Of a stretch of DNA of 64,000 nt, positions 49,669-62,295 are shown in pieces. The translations under genes and the position numbers were made by a program. How positions within the stretch are numbered: the stretch's first letter is position 1; each line of letters begins with the position of its first letter. Location: contig NIVC01000542.1 in the NCBI GenBank assembly GCA_002269645.1, positions 62,001 through 126,000 on the forward strand. Reading direction: 5' to 3'. The DNA is from Macrostomum lignano. Taxonomy: Eukaryota. Under the pieces are notes generated by a model that was given only the letters and a program-made list of their open reading frames with translations, made no database searches and was not told the DNA's origin.

Positions 49669-52600
49669 GTAATGTCGAATGATTTGTTTGTTTCTGAGCT
49701 GCTTCATCTTGCTCTGAGCGCAGCAATCTTTGTGTCTGCTTATTTGCCAGAACTTCTTGCAAGATGGTGCTCTGCTTTCTTTTCAAGACGTTCTTGCCTG
49801 CTTCGGCTCTTTGGCAACAACTGTGTGCCTTTGTTTCTCTCCCTGTCTGTGATGTGTTAATGTATCGAGCAGCAAAATAGCTCCAAGAGCTGCTGCAGAA
49901 AATGCTACAGTTACAGTCAAATAGAAAAAGTAGCAGTGAGAGTTGGGGAAGTCAGTACTGGGATCCCTAAATTAAACTCCCGAGAATCCAGTAATACCAA
50001 CCACGGGATTTTAGCAAGTTTCGGGATCGCGGTATCCCTAGAAAAGTAGCCTGAATTTCTATTTATTGTCTGTCAGCTTTAAATTAAGTAAGCAAGTTAA
50101 GTGAATTAGTGCTCGTGTACATTAGGTTTAATTTGAACTATTTGAATCTTATTTATTAACGTAACAGTACACCGCAACAACAGCAAAACAGTAATTGTTT
50201 CTAGTGCACAGCTATCATCAAATGAGGTCCAATTTTTGCATCGTACGTACATCATATATTTTGACGAATTGATGGTCATTTTGTTGGAATTTGAGTTTCA
50301 GTTTAAGTTTATGGCTTAAAGTTTTTAGAGGTTTGGAGTTGGTTATACGAGTCAGACTAACGTCAGTCTTTTTATTTTTATTTTAATGAGACATTCTGAG
50401 GCGGTGCCACCGAAGCGCGGGTGAAAGCAAAGCTTTGAATACGAGTTAGAGTTGTAGAGGGGGGTATAGTGGTGAAATTGGAGAGGGGTGGGCCGGAGAG
50501 GGGTAAGGGCGGAGAGGTTGGACATGGTCGGTCTTAGGGCCGATCGATAAGCAATGTACATTAGCGATGTACATAAGCTAAGGATCAGAAGAAAACAGGG
50601 AGAGAGAGAGATGTACAGTGGGGTCAGACTGAAATTTCGCTAATAAGATTTCGTATGTAGGATGGATGTTTACGCCGTAAGTTGAGGCAAAGGGTGGTGT
50701 CTGGTGTGGTGTCACGGACTCACGGTGTGGCTTGGCATTGGCATATCTCCCTGCCATCGAATGAGCCATCAGCTTGTACACAGACAGACACAGCTTGTAA
50801 TGAAAGTTACAGTTGCGTTACTGTTTTACCATTAGCTTTTCACAAGGCAGTCAGTTTAAAAGTATGTGGCAGCGGCTGGATATTCCGTCCGCAGTAAGGA
50901 AAATGGAAAGAATAATACGAGCTCGAACATCGTGTACTCAGCAGCATTGAAAAGTCATCACCCTTGCCCCAGTGAGCAGTGTCTTTCGACCAGCGTCTAT
51001 CACCTGGCAAACCATTTTGATATTAAAAAATGCTTGAAAAAAACAATGAAAACCGGGCGGAAGCTTCAATCCATCCGATCTTCGCCCTCCGCTCTTCCCA
51101 ATGCCTCATCACCCAGCCCAACTCTGCGTCGCGTGCAAGTTGCGTCACTCAAGTAACTTAATACTGAGCTGGAATTTACTGCGCACTCTCAAAGGCGGCG
51201 ACTTTTTAATGGTGTTGACTGTTGAGTGTAATGTTGCTGAGTATATAATGTAAGGTATACGTAAAACAGAAAGCCAAAAGGAAAAATCACAAAGAATCAT
51301 TCATTTTTTACTGCCAGGTGTCAGTCTGAACTATTTCTTAGAAATACACAGATAGAAACTGCAGCTGCAGTACCTGCAGCGCCACTTCCGACCGAGTCCG
51401 CATCTTGCCTGTTGCTCAGCAGAATTCCGGCAGCTCAATTTTGAGCAGAGTTGACGCGGCGGAACTGAGCTGCCATTGCAACTGGAGAAAAAAATTGATG
51501 CGGCAATAAATGCTCCGCTTATTGTTGCTGCGCCCGCGGTTGAAGCTCAGCGAGGGAATAAGAAATATGGCTATTGAACAGCCTCACGAAGGCGAAGCCG
51601 GTCTCATCCCCGCACGAGAACCTCTATAGGTCAGAAAGAGAGTCATGTGGCTTCACTGCGGCACATCAGCCATTGTTCCGCCCCTGCTTTACTTCTAATT
51701 TAATTTGCTGTAATAATAGTGCAATAATATGAACTTTATGCTGCTGCTGCAGCTGCCGCTGCTGAGCATGAGACCTGAGCACTTCTGCGATGCCAGCCGC
51801 ATGCATCTCTTCAATGCCTGCAGTTTATTTACTCTAACAATTCATAGTCCTATATGAGGCTGAGAGTCGCTGGCTTGTGCCGAAGGTGCGCAGACTGAAA
51901 GCATTTCCCCGTAAGCCATTGTCGCAGTCAAACATCGCCGGGCCCATGGAGTGGCCACTTTTTCTTTTCGTCAGCGCGTCCGTGTCGGGGCTGCAAATAT
52001 TCAAGCTAAGAGATTCCTCTCCAGATGCTGTCTAAAATTGAGAAATGGGCAAAATTCCCAACTCAGAAAATTCCCATTCGTCTTGCACTTTTTTTCTGTT
52101 GTCGTGGTCTTCCTCCCCAAGCCTGTTTGTAGAGGCTTTTGGAAGGAATTGAATTTCTGCGAGGCTATGAAACTAGAAGAAAGACTTTCGTTTATTAATT
52201 AGATTGCCGACCCGCGGATCTGTCCACAAAACCGAATCGGTCTAAGCCGCTGACGATTAGCTGATGGCGGCTCTTTGCTGATTAGGACGTCTAGCTGCAA
52301 GCAGCCCGAAAGTTTCCAGTGAAGCTGACTCAGGCGCGCAGGAACTTAGCAGTAGGCGCGCTGGAAAGCGGCTAGGCTCCCCCGAAAGTTCAACAGAGTT
52401 GTTCAGGGTTAGTTTTTCCTAAAATTAGACAAGCATCTCGAGCGACTGGCAAATTGAGCGGAACTCCAGCTCATCCTGCTGATATAGGGTAGCTTTATGT
52501 GCTGCGTTGGCTATGGAGGGTGCCATTTACAAGCTTTGCGGGGCACCTCAAGCTCAAATTCGCTGTTGGCCACACACGCCTGCACGGCTACCTTTGCAAT

Positions 52601-52909
52601 TTACGGCTCATGCAAAATTGCTGCATTGGCCCATCGAATTCGCGGGGTTACGACGCTGACCTTAAGACAATCAAAAACGACACAAGAACACGAAAAATAT
52701 GGACACCGAGGCCCTAGCCTTCCACCGAGGGGAGGGGGGGGGGTCGCGGTGCCACTAATTGGCTGGCAAAAAGTATATGGCGTCCGTTGGAGTAGCGTTG
52801 ATGCTGCATGGCGCCCCTGATAGACATGCAGGATCGTACGCTCGTACAAGTCGCAAAGGCCAGGAAGCCCCATTGAACCGCCCGTTGCCACCCCCTCCGC
52901 CGCCGGCAG

Positions 52910-53089
52910 GACGAGGCCAACCGCAGCTTCACCTTGTCCATCCCGTCAGTGCAGGCGCGGCGTCACAGTCTGACGGCCACCGCGGCGGCTGGCGTTCCGA
53001 CATCGTCGGGCGTGGCCAGCGGCAGCTTCATCACCCCGCCCAGCTCCCGGGTTAGCAGCAGGCGGCCCTCCGCTCAGAGCTTTTTGGCG
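52910..53089 (+). CDS. Probable internal exon (DEANRSFTLSIPSVQARRHSL...RRPSAQSFLA)
   Basis: CAG acceptor in phase 0, matching the donor at 49669. Exactly 60 codons, then a GTGAGC donor. Contains RRHS/RRPS basophilic kinase-site motifs. Confidence 0.55.
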
Positions 53090-53384
53090 GTGAGCTTCTG
53101 CTTGCTTTTTATTTAATTAACTGTTCGGAACAGCCTACTTTTAGTAGAGATTCGAAATTGCAAATACGGGATCCTAAGCTGCCTTATGGTTCGGTTCCTC
53201 TTTGGAGGGTTCAAAGAGGAGCCAATTTAAAGATACGAGAGAACAATGCAAGAAAATAGTGATCAATCAGAAGAGTACCCAATTGAGACTGGTGACCAAT
53301 CTGAGATAGAAATTCCCCGTAGGAGTGCTCAAGATAGGAATGCTCAATCCGAGATTGGATCGTGCCCAATTCGGGATAGGAGTG

Positions 53385-53810
53385 CCAAACTCGAGATTGG
53401 AGTGCTCAATCCGAGATTGAAGTGCCCAACTCGGGTTGGAGTGCCCAACTCGGGTTGGAGTGCCCAACTCGGGTTGGAGTGCCCAACTCGGGTTGGAGTG
53501 CCCAACTCGGGTTGGAGTGCCCAACTCGGGTTGGAGTGCCCAACTCGGTTTGGAGTGCCCAACTCGGGTTGGAGTGCCCAACTCGGGTTGGAGTGCCCAA
53601 CTCGGGTTGGAGTGCCCAACTCGGGTTGGAGTGCCCAACTCGGGTTGGAGTGCCCAACTCGGGTTGGAGTGCCCAACTCGGGTTGGAGTGCCCAACTCGG
53701 GTTGGAGTGCCCAACTCGGGTTGGAGTGCCCAACTCGGGTTGGAGTGCCCAACTCGGGTTGGAGTGCCCAACTCGGGTTGGAGTGCCCAATCCGAGATTG
53801 GAGTGCCCCA
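53385..53810. repeat. 19-bp palindromic minisatellite (gagtgcccaactcgggttg)
   Basis: About 20 copies; each contains a CCAAC-TCGG-GTTGG hairpin. Confidence 0.93.
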
Positions 53811-56800
53811 TTTAGAGATCCGAATTCTGGCTGTCTGTACTCCAGCAAACGAGCTCACCCAGCTTTCCTCGGGCACAACGGCTGTTTACAGCGGCTGGCG
53901 CAAGATTGGTAGAAAAAATGAGGGAGAGGGGAGGCGAAGAAGACCATGCAGACAGGCGAGAGTTTGCTCAAATTGATGAGGCACAGGGGAGGCTGCAGAT
54001 CGGGTCAAGTTTCGAGGCCTGCAGCTCATTAGGGCTTTCCAGCTCCAGTCCACGGTCAGCAAAATCGGATTAACTGCAATCACACGAGATCGGGCAAAGG
54101 GAGGGGGCTGCGGGAAGAGTCAAAGGTCACTGCTGTAGCTCGTACTCGTATACGTGAAGTGACAGGCTCGTGAGGAATGGCTAAATGAAACGGAAAAAAA
54201 CGTTTGACTGGAGACAGGCGACACAGGAAAATGAAGCCGACTTTTTCGGTCTTTTTTATAAAACAATACGTTACGAAGAACCATCTGTGTATGTAGCTCT
54301 GAGGAGCTGTACTCTTGGGTCCTAAAGATGTTCAAGAATGCACAGGATAACTAGTGGCTAGCGGTTAGGGGTGTTCGGAGTTTGGGGTTGGGTCGGGATC
54401 GGGTCCCGAAGAACATCTTTCGGGAACTCTCTCTCGTTTAGCTTATTGGACTGGTGGCTTGTATAGCTTAGCTCAAGCCTCCTTAAGTAACGTGTCACGA
54501 TTCAGTCTGGTTCTCTGATCAGTGTCCCAGGTTCGCGAAAGATATTTGGGATCGGGGTTAACCCCGAACCACCAAAAATGGTCATCCCGAGTACCCAATC
54601 ACTAACTTCCAACTATACATGGTTCCGCTATGTCTATGGCTCGAAGACAGAAAATGTGCTTCCGGCAACACAAAAAGGACAAATCAAAATCCAAAGTTGC
54701 AAAGATTCTTGAACACTAAAGAGTGCTTCATCGGCGAAAGCCAATGAGACTAAAGATGCACGAATTCGCGTTCATATTCTATTTGATTCTATTTTAATCA
54801 TAGACCATGAAGTTCAGCCATGTAGGCCCTAAAATCAATACTGCACGCGTGGAGGGTGAGGGTAGGGGTGAGGGGTAAGGATATTACAAAATGAACTTTT
54901 TTCGTTTCTAAAAATACACGCACACAGTAAATTTCAATCCTGCATTAAAGCCATGGATAAGCCTGGGTAATACTGTGATTGTACCATAGACTATGTGGCT
55001 GAGTTATACGAGCGCATGAGCTGCATTGATGAATAGGGGCATGGGGGTGTGGGGGCGAAGCCCCCACATTTCAACCATAGACATAATGATTTAGTGATTA
55101 ACTATACAGTTCAATTATAAGAGAAAGAATAAAGCAAAGGTTTAAAATATATGAAATAGAAATAATCCATTATCGGCCCGACTTTTCGGGCCAAAATGAA
55201 ATCGTCTATGGCAATAATCGAATATCAGCCGATAGCCACGTGGTCATGGTGCAATATATAGCAAAAACAGATTGTGCTTTCAACAACAATTGATTTTGCC
55301 ATAGACAAAATCAATTTAGCAACTGGATTCTGCCCGCAGAAAGAAATAAGACGCTCTCAGTCAGCCTGTCTCCACACGAATAGCAGTGAAGCCCTAATCC
55401 TATAAACTCCTCATGTGGAATCCCTCTGACAAACGAGCATCCCAAATTTCAGGAAAAGCTGGGCACTTCGCCAATACGCCGGTCCAGTTTCAATGCCCTG
55501 AGCGACACGGTGGTAAGTACCCTGGTCAAAGTGCATGGGCAAAAAGCAGCAACGTCTCAAACAAGTCGGACGGGGACCCTTGGTTTAGTAGAAAAGTGTT
55601 AAAGACTGACTGAATTACAAAATAATGCTTGGCCGAGAAAGACCTAAAAAAGCACAGATAGTTTTTATTTTAGAAGCGAGTCGTATCAGCTCGTTTTGAA
55701 CAAAACGACTTGCCTGTCTTTTTGCAATTGATTTCCGAAAGGCTTTCGCCGTAAGAATATGGAACTCATTTAAAGAGATTTCTCTGCTTAAGTTTCTAAT
55801 ACGAAAGTTCCTTTTCTCACAGTTTCTCACAGCAAGGAAGAATTTATTTAGCTTAAACAAATTCCATGAATTTGGTCGAGTCAACTTAAGAGATGGGCAT
55901 TAGCTAATTATAGGAAGCTTGTCATCCCAAAATGTCTGACTTCGCATTCCAGATGAACCTCTTCAGCGGAGCGGGCGGCAGCAAGTTCAGCTGAATTTGC
56001 ACAGGCAGGCACAGTGAATATCATTACTTGACAGCTGGCTGAACCGCGGGACGCAAGTTATTTCTCTGGCGTATTTATTCAAGTCAACCCTACCTGAAGT
56101 ACACGTGTTTATTAACATCCAACGCGCACTAAACTATACAGGAGAAAATGAATGTAGCTTCGGTTTAGTAAATTGTAGAACAGCCATGCACTGTAACTAT
56201 AATTATTGAACTACTTTTACTCGTTGTTGCTGTTCGAATGATAGCGAGGGGGGGCAGCTGCAATCTGGGTGCGTGACTCATCTCTGGCAAGGCAGAATTC
56301 TTCAGACACGGCTGGCAGCGAGCCAAGGCCGCCGGGGTAGCCTCCCCCTCCCTACAGTGGTAACTGCGATGCCAGACTCGGGAAAGTGCACCCCGCAGGC
56401 AGGGTCACGCAGGCCTCGCGGGCTGGATGGTCGGTGCGAGACGCAAGAGGGGGTGAGAGGGAAAAGCTGGGCGAGAGGCCGCAGTCTGGCCGATCCCAAA
56501 AGGGGATAAAGTGTTTAGGGAGGCGCTCGTGGATTTTGGAAGTCGCGCAGGCGTCTGCAGGGTGTCTGAGGTCGAACAGCCCATCCCTGTCAGAGCCGAG
56601 GAAACCCGCGGGGATCCGCTAGCCCGCGCAGCGCTGGTCACTCCATCTGTCTGTCTGTCTGTCGGTGTCTCTCATTTCTGCCCCATCCCCCATCGGCACC
56701 CGCAGCTGCGCCGGGACGGTGAAAAAAACTGGGAGAAAAGAAGAGCCGACCGACCGAGTGCGGCTGGAAATCAGGGGGATCAATCGATGAAGATAGCATG

Positions 56801-57334
56801 AGACACCCATTGGGAGGGGAGATTAGTGCTAATCCGGCTCTGAGGGCGAGACTGAGAGTCAGAGATGCAACTCGAATCGGCCAGTCGCAATAACGCAGTC
56901 AATTTGCACTTTAACCGCTCGCGAAATAAAAGTACACAGCGCCGCTTCGGCGAATGAATGAAACAGTTGGACAACCGGCACAAACATCGAATTTTTTCTT
57001 TCTCTTCTCGGACGCAAAAGCAGCAGCAACTTGTGTCTTGTATAAAAAGCAATTATATAATTTTCTTAAATTGAATAACCAAGGACCAGCAATGAAAACA
57101 ATAATTCGGTAAGTTAATAACGGCATGTGGAACACTGAACTGAGTCGCCAACAGTCCAGAGCGCGGGGCGAACATGCAGTACAATAAAAATAATGGAAGC
57201 GGCTTCCAGCATGCCGAATTCGGTTATGAGCCAGACAGACCGTTGCCAGCCGCGACTGCCCTCAGCTGCAAGGAGTCTCAGCTGCCGGATTTCTCCTAGC
57301 TGGCATTAGGAATCCTCTATAGAAATCCCAGCTC

Positions 57335-57670
57335 AGTGCGGGGATCTAAGAGGATGCCAGTTCTGTGTGGGGATCTGTGAGGATGCCAGTTCTGTGTGGG
57401 GATCTGTGAGGATGCCAGTTCTGTGTGGGGATCTGTGAGGATGCCAGTTCTGTGTGGGGATCTGTGAGGATGCCAGTTCTGTGTGGGGATCTGTGAGGAT
57501 GCCAGTTCTGTGTGGGGATCTAAGAGGATGCCAGTTCTGTGTGGGGATCTGTGAGGATGCCAGTTCTGTGTGGGGATCTGTGAGGATGCCAGTTCTGTGT
57601 GGGGATCTAAGAGGATGCCAGTTTTGTGTGGGGATCTGTGAGGATGCCAGCTCTGTGTGGGGATCTGTGA
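57335..57670. repeat. 29-bp minisatellite (gatgccagttctgtgtggggatctgtgag)
   Basis: About 11 copies. Confidence 0.92.
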
Positions 57671-58354
57671 GCATGGAAGATCGCCAAACTTCAAGCGAAG
57701 ATGGCAGGCCGGACTCAGAGCAGCAGAGTTGCAGAGGCTGGCAGTCTTTAGTCAAGTAATAAAAAAGACTCGAATCGCCAGAAAAAGCGTTACTCGTTCT
57801 GAATGCGCGGACAACAGCCCGGTCATCAAGGAAGCGGATTAGAAACGGCGAATACTCGTTTAGAAAAAAAGAAGCAAGTGGAGCAAAAACTGAACGGTAA
57901 AAAATATGCCTAAATAAGAAGCAACAAAAGAGCTTGCTTGCTGTTATATTGCGAACAAAAGCTGCAGTAAATGGAGGACTAGGATAAGGGAGAGACAGGC
58001 AGACAGCGCTGCGAGATGCGGGAGTAAAAAATGAACTATGCAATACATTTATCATTGCTATGCAATAATTATTGCACTAGATTATGTTATGTAAGGTGTA
58101 GACATTGTGCTGCTACATAATATATACCAATACAGAAATACAGAACAGCCCTCAGCAGTCACTGCGGACGGGAGGCAGAGGGACACAGACGGAAGCAAAT
58201 ATGCGTTAATCAATAAATAATAAACATCTCGAGGGCGCAGGGGCTAAACGGGCTAACAAATTAATATGGGAGATGCAAATACTGACTAATAAACAGAAAC
58301 AAAAAAGTTTTCTGTAAAAGCGCGCAATGAACTAGCAAGCAAAGTCTGACAGAC

Positions 58355-59365
58355 AGTTGAACGCAAAAACGATTTGCAAGAAGGCCTAGGCTAGGGTGAT
58401 ACTGGCAGGGGGGGGGGGTTGAACGCAAAAACGATTTGCAAGAAGGCCTAGGCTAGGGTGATACTGGCAGGGGGGGTTGAACGCAAAAACGATTTGCAAG
58501 AAGGCCTAGGCTAGGGTGATACTGGCAGGGGGGGGGGGGGGTTGAACGCAAAAACGATTTGCAAGAAGGCCTAGGCTAGGGTGATACTGGCAGGGGGGGG
58601 GTTGAACGCAAAAACGATTTGCAAGAAGGCCTAGGCTAGGGTGATACTGGCAGGGGGGGGGTTGAACGCAAAAACGATTTGCAAGAAGGCCTAGGCTAGG
58701 GTGATACTGGCAGGGGGGGGTTGAACGCAAAAACGATTTGCAAGAAGGCCTAGGCTAGGGTGATATTGGCAGGGGGGGGGGGGTTGAACGCAAAAACGAT
58801 TTGCAAGAAGGCCTAGGCTAGGGTGATACTGGCAGGGGGGGGGGGGTTGAACGCAAAAACGATTTGCAAGAAGGCCTAGGCTAGGGTGATACTGGCAGGG
58901 GGGGGGGGTTGAACGCAAAAACGATTTGCAAGAAGGCCTAGGCTAGGGTGATACTGGCAGGGGGGGGGGGTTGAACGCAAAAACGATTTGCAAGAAGGCC
59001 TAGGGTGATACTGGCAGGGGGGGGGTTGAACGCAAAAACGATTTGCAAGAAGGCCTAGGCTAGGGTGATACTGGCAGGGGGGGGGGGTTGAACGCAAAAA
59101 CGATTTGCAAGAAGGCCTAGGCTAGGGTGATACTGGCAGGGGGGGGTTGAACGCAAAAACGATTTGCAAGAAGGCCTAGGCTAGGGTGATACTGGCAGGG
59201 GGGGGGGTTGAACGCAAAAACGATTTGCAAGAAGGCCTAGGCTAGGGTGATACTGGCAGGGGAACACAAAATCGATTTGCAAGAAAGCCTAGGCTAGGGT
59301 GATACTGGCAGGGGGGGGGGGGGTTGAACGCAAAAACGATTTGCAAGAAAGCTTAGGCTAGGGTG
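58355..59365. repeat. About 53-bp minisatellite with a variable poly-G tract
   Basis: About 19 copies of gttgaacgcaaaaacgatttgcaagaaggcctaggctagggtgatactggca(g)n. Confidence 0.93.
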
Positions 59366-59775
59366 AACACAACACGCCGCAGTCCTTCAGCGCGGCAAAT
59401 TCGGGTTCTACCTGAACTGCAGCAGCAGATATTTATTTGAATACGCTTTGCACTCTGAGACTGTACCTTTGTTAAATTAATTAATACTATATAAAAAATA
59501 ATTCTGTTAGTACTGCATTGTTTATCTCTGATGCATTCCGAATTGTCAACAAAGTAAATTTACTATTGAATTAAAGATTATGCTTAATAAACAGTGCACA
59601 ATTATCATTTATTATTAGTATATTGGATTATAATTGTTATTGTGAAGTCCCAGAACCGACAGGGAGCATATTATTAAAGACGCACGAATAAGTAGAGCAA
59701 CAACACAGACTCAGCTGGCCTAAAATTAGCAAACTTCCGGGCTTGACTTAAGCGCAGAACAACTGAAATTTATAA

Positions 59776-59781
59776 TTTATT
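59776..59781 (-). terminator. Polyadenylation signal AATAAA of UGCG
   Basis: TTTATT on the + strand, about 110 nt downstream of the stop on the - strand. Confidence 0.5.
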
Positions 59782-59891
59782 TATTTGCACTTTCTTATTT
59801 TGAACGGCTCTGCACTCGAAGGGATTGCTGGGACATTGTGTGGCATAGTGCAACCGGGCGGGAATGGAGAAAAGCGACACCAAGACGGCCC

Positions 59892-61175
59892 TTAGATGGC
59901 CACTTTCTTCTGGCTGGCCGGGTCTGCCGACTCCGCAGCAGCTGCCGTCGTCGCAGCCGCCACCGAAGCCTCCAGCGGCAGCTCGCGGGTGACGCCGCCC
60001 CACTCCAGGCGGAAGCGGCGGCCGCGCCACTCCACGCCGCGCTGGCACTGGGCGCAGAGGACGTTCAGCGGCGACATGCAGGCGCAGAGCAGCCAGGCGC
60101 AGACGAAGGCCAGGCGGCTGAACGGCGCGGGGCTCTCCATGCAGTTGAGCATGAGCAGGTAGTCGCAGAGCAGCCAGGCTAGACAGTGGATGAGGAAGTA
60201 GGCGTACACATTGACGCCGCTAGGCCAAAGGAAGGCGAGGGCCCAGGCGGCCATGAGGCCGCTGAGCAGGCAGTCTGAGAACGGCTCCAGCAGCACAACG
60301 TGGGGAATCATGGCCGAGCGCAGTTTAATCCAGCGAATGAGGCGGCGCCGCAGGTTGCCAACGGAGGTGCTGCCGTCCTGCAGGGCCGGGTAGTGGGACA
60401 GCACCACCCGGAAGCCGCGCGACCTCACGTACTGCGACAGGAAGAAATCCTCGGCCAGGTAGCGGCCAAAGTAGGCCAGGCCGCCGGGCAGCGGATCCAG
60501 GATGGACTTGCGGAACAGGCAGGACATGCCGGTGGTGCAGTTGATGCCGACCAGGTTAGCCGTGATGTACACCTTGGCGTGCGTGCCGCCGAAGTAGGCC
60601 GATTGGACAACATTGTGAAAGCCGGGCCGCTGCTCGGTGAACGGCATCTGGTGCACCATACCGACGTCGCGGCCCATGCAGCGAACCATGTCAGCGAGGG
60701 CCTGCGGCAGCATGCGGACGCCGCTGTCTGAGATGAGCAGCAAGTCGTACTTGGCGCACTCGAATCCCTGCATCATGTTGTTCACCTTGGGATTCACGCT
60801 GTGCTGCTTGGGAGATTTGAATACGCGCGCATCAACGTGGGGATATTTCTCCATCAGGGTGTCCACCACCATGCTGACAATGTCCTCGGAGCTTTCCAGG
60901 CAGAACAGCAGCTCGTAGCGCGGGTACTGCAGGGTGAAGTAGGTCTCCAGGTTGGCGTACACGTTCTTGTCGATGCCCACCAGCGGCTTGAGGATGGAGA
61001 CGCCGGGCAGGCGGTCGGCCTCCGGGTCCAGCGGCTCCAGCCGGCGGTAAAAGTACAGACGAGCCCACACGATGGCCACCAGGTGGAGGACGGCCAGGCC
61101 GGCCAGGAAGACAAGGGCGCCAACCGCCAGTGACAGCTGGGCCAGGTAGGCGTAGCTCAGCTGCAGCGGCAGCAT
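59892..61175 (-). CDS. UGCG: Ceramide glucosyltransferase (glucosylceramide synthase, GT21), 427 aa, no CDS intron
   Basis: N-terminal TM helix, then GVSILKPLVGID (D1), VNPKVNNM, LLISDSG (D2), VHQMPF, YFGGTH, TGMSCLFRK, YLAEDFF (D3), RLIRW ((Q/R)xxRW), and C-terminal hydrophobic segments with WRGRRF. Confidence 0.96.
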   Translation of the reverse strand: MLPLQLSYAYLAQLSLAVGALVFLAGLAVLHLVAIVWARLYFYRRLEPLDPEADRLPGVSILKPLVGIDKNVYANLETYFTLQYPRYELLFCLESSEDIVSMVVDTLMEKYPHVDARVFKSPKQHSVNPKVNNMMQGFECAKYDLLLISDSGVRMLPQALADMVRCMGRDVGMVHQMPFTEQRPGFHNVVQSAYFGGTHAKVYITANLVGINCTTGMSCLFRKSILDPLPGGLAYFGRYLAEDFFLSQYVRSRGFRVVLSHYPALQDGSTSVGNLRRRLIRWIKLRSAMIPHVVLLEPFSDCLLSGLMAAWALAFLWPSGVNVYAYFLIHCLAWLLCDYLLMLNCMESPAPFSRLAFVCAWLLCACMSPLNVLCAQCQRGVEWRGRRFRLEWGGVTRELPLEASVAAATTAAAAESADPASQKKVAI

Positions 61176-61256
61176 GGCCGGGGCGGCGGGGGGTCAGCTG
61201 AGGTCAAGCGGTGCCGTTAGGCGTCGGCGCATATCGACATCTCGCCTAGCCGCTGG

Positions 61257-61639
61257 CTGCAATGAAGTTTCAATTACAGCATGGGGCAAATTCAGGGCCA
61301 GTTCTCAGTGAGGCGGACACTTGGAAACTGCCTTACTGCTGTTCCTAAAGAAATTTGTTCAAGACAAAGCAATCGCCAGAGCGAGTGGGTGGAAGACGGG
61401 GAATACGTGTAGCATTGGGAAGCTTAGAAAAAGAAAATATCTCTTATTCAAAGAAAGACATTTCCCTCCTCCACTCCGATATTCCCGGAGCTCCCCTATC
61501 CAATTGTTTCTGCCTGCCTGCCGTCCTCGCCCTCTCCTCTGTCACGATCCACCCTGCTGCTGGCTGAAAACTGGAGCACAGTTGCAGCACGCCCAGGACC
61601 TGCCCTCTACTTCTAGAAGCAGAAACTAAGAATGCTTAC
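61257..61639 (-). other. Putative 5'UTR intron of UGCG
   Basis: Minus-strand GG|GTAAGC donor at 61639 and TTCATTGCAG acceptor at 61257, 81 nt upstream of the ATG. Confidence 0.5.
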
Positions 61640-62295
61640 CCCCCCCCCGCGCGGTAGTTCGCGTCTCGCAGACAGCCCCGTCGAATGAATAAATAGGCAA
61701 CTTAAACGCGTAGCACCGTATCGATTTCGAGTCGGAGTCCGAACACCCAAACCAGGAGAGAGCCAGCCCCGGGCTACTCACTCTCGCTAATATGGAATAA
61801 AAAATATGCAAGCCAAAATTTGCAGCGACTACCAACTGCTTCACAATTTTCCACTTGACTATGCGAGGCAAGTGCCTGCCCAATGCGCGCTCTCCTCCCT
61901 TGCTCTGCAGCACAAAAATTATCGACTTATCGAGACGGGGGGAGGAAGAGGCGCCCAACTCAACAGACACTTGAAAAACTCTCCCGCCCGCCACCCCTTC
62001 CCCGGTCCAAGTCTTGCAGCGCATCCAAACTGGCTCAAGTTTGGCTAAGTCAGCGGGGGGCAGCCAGTTTTGTGTGCTCAGTGCAGCCGGGGAATCGGTT
62101 TGTATTGGGACTGGGACGGAGCTGCGGGCTTGCAAGCTCTGTTTAGTTGCACAGCAGTTCAAGAGCTGGGCCGCTAATTAGCGCATTAATTACTGAACTG
62201 AAACACTTCGTTCTACAGTCATTATCTAGTAAATAACTTTACTAGACTGAATTCTTAGGCTCTTGAAGGCATCCACTATGGTGAAAGTCCCAGCA

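Noticed and set aside
56273-56810. GC-rich short ORFs on both strands
   Set aside because: No domain similarity or phase-consistent exon chain could be built.
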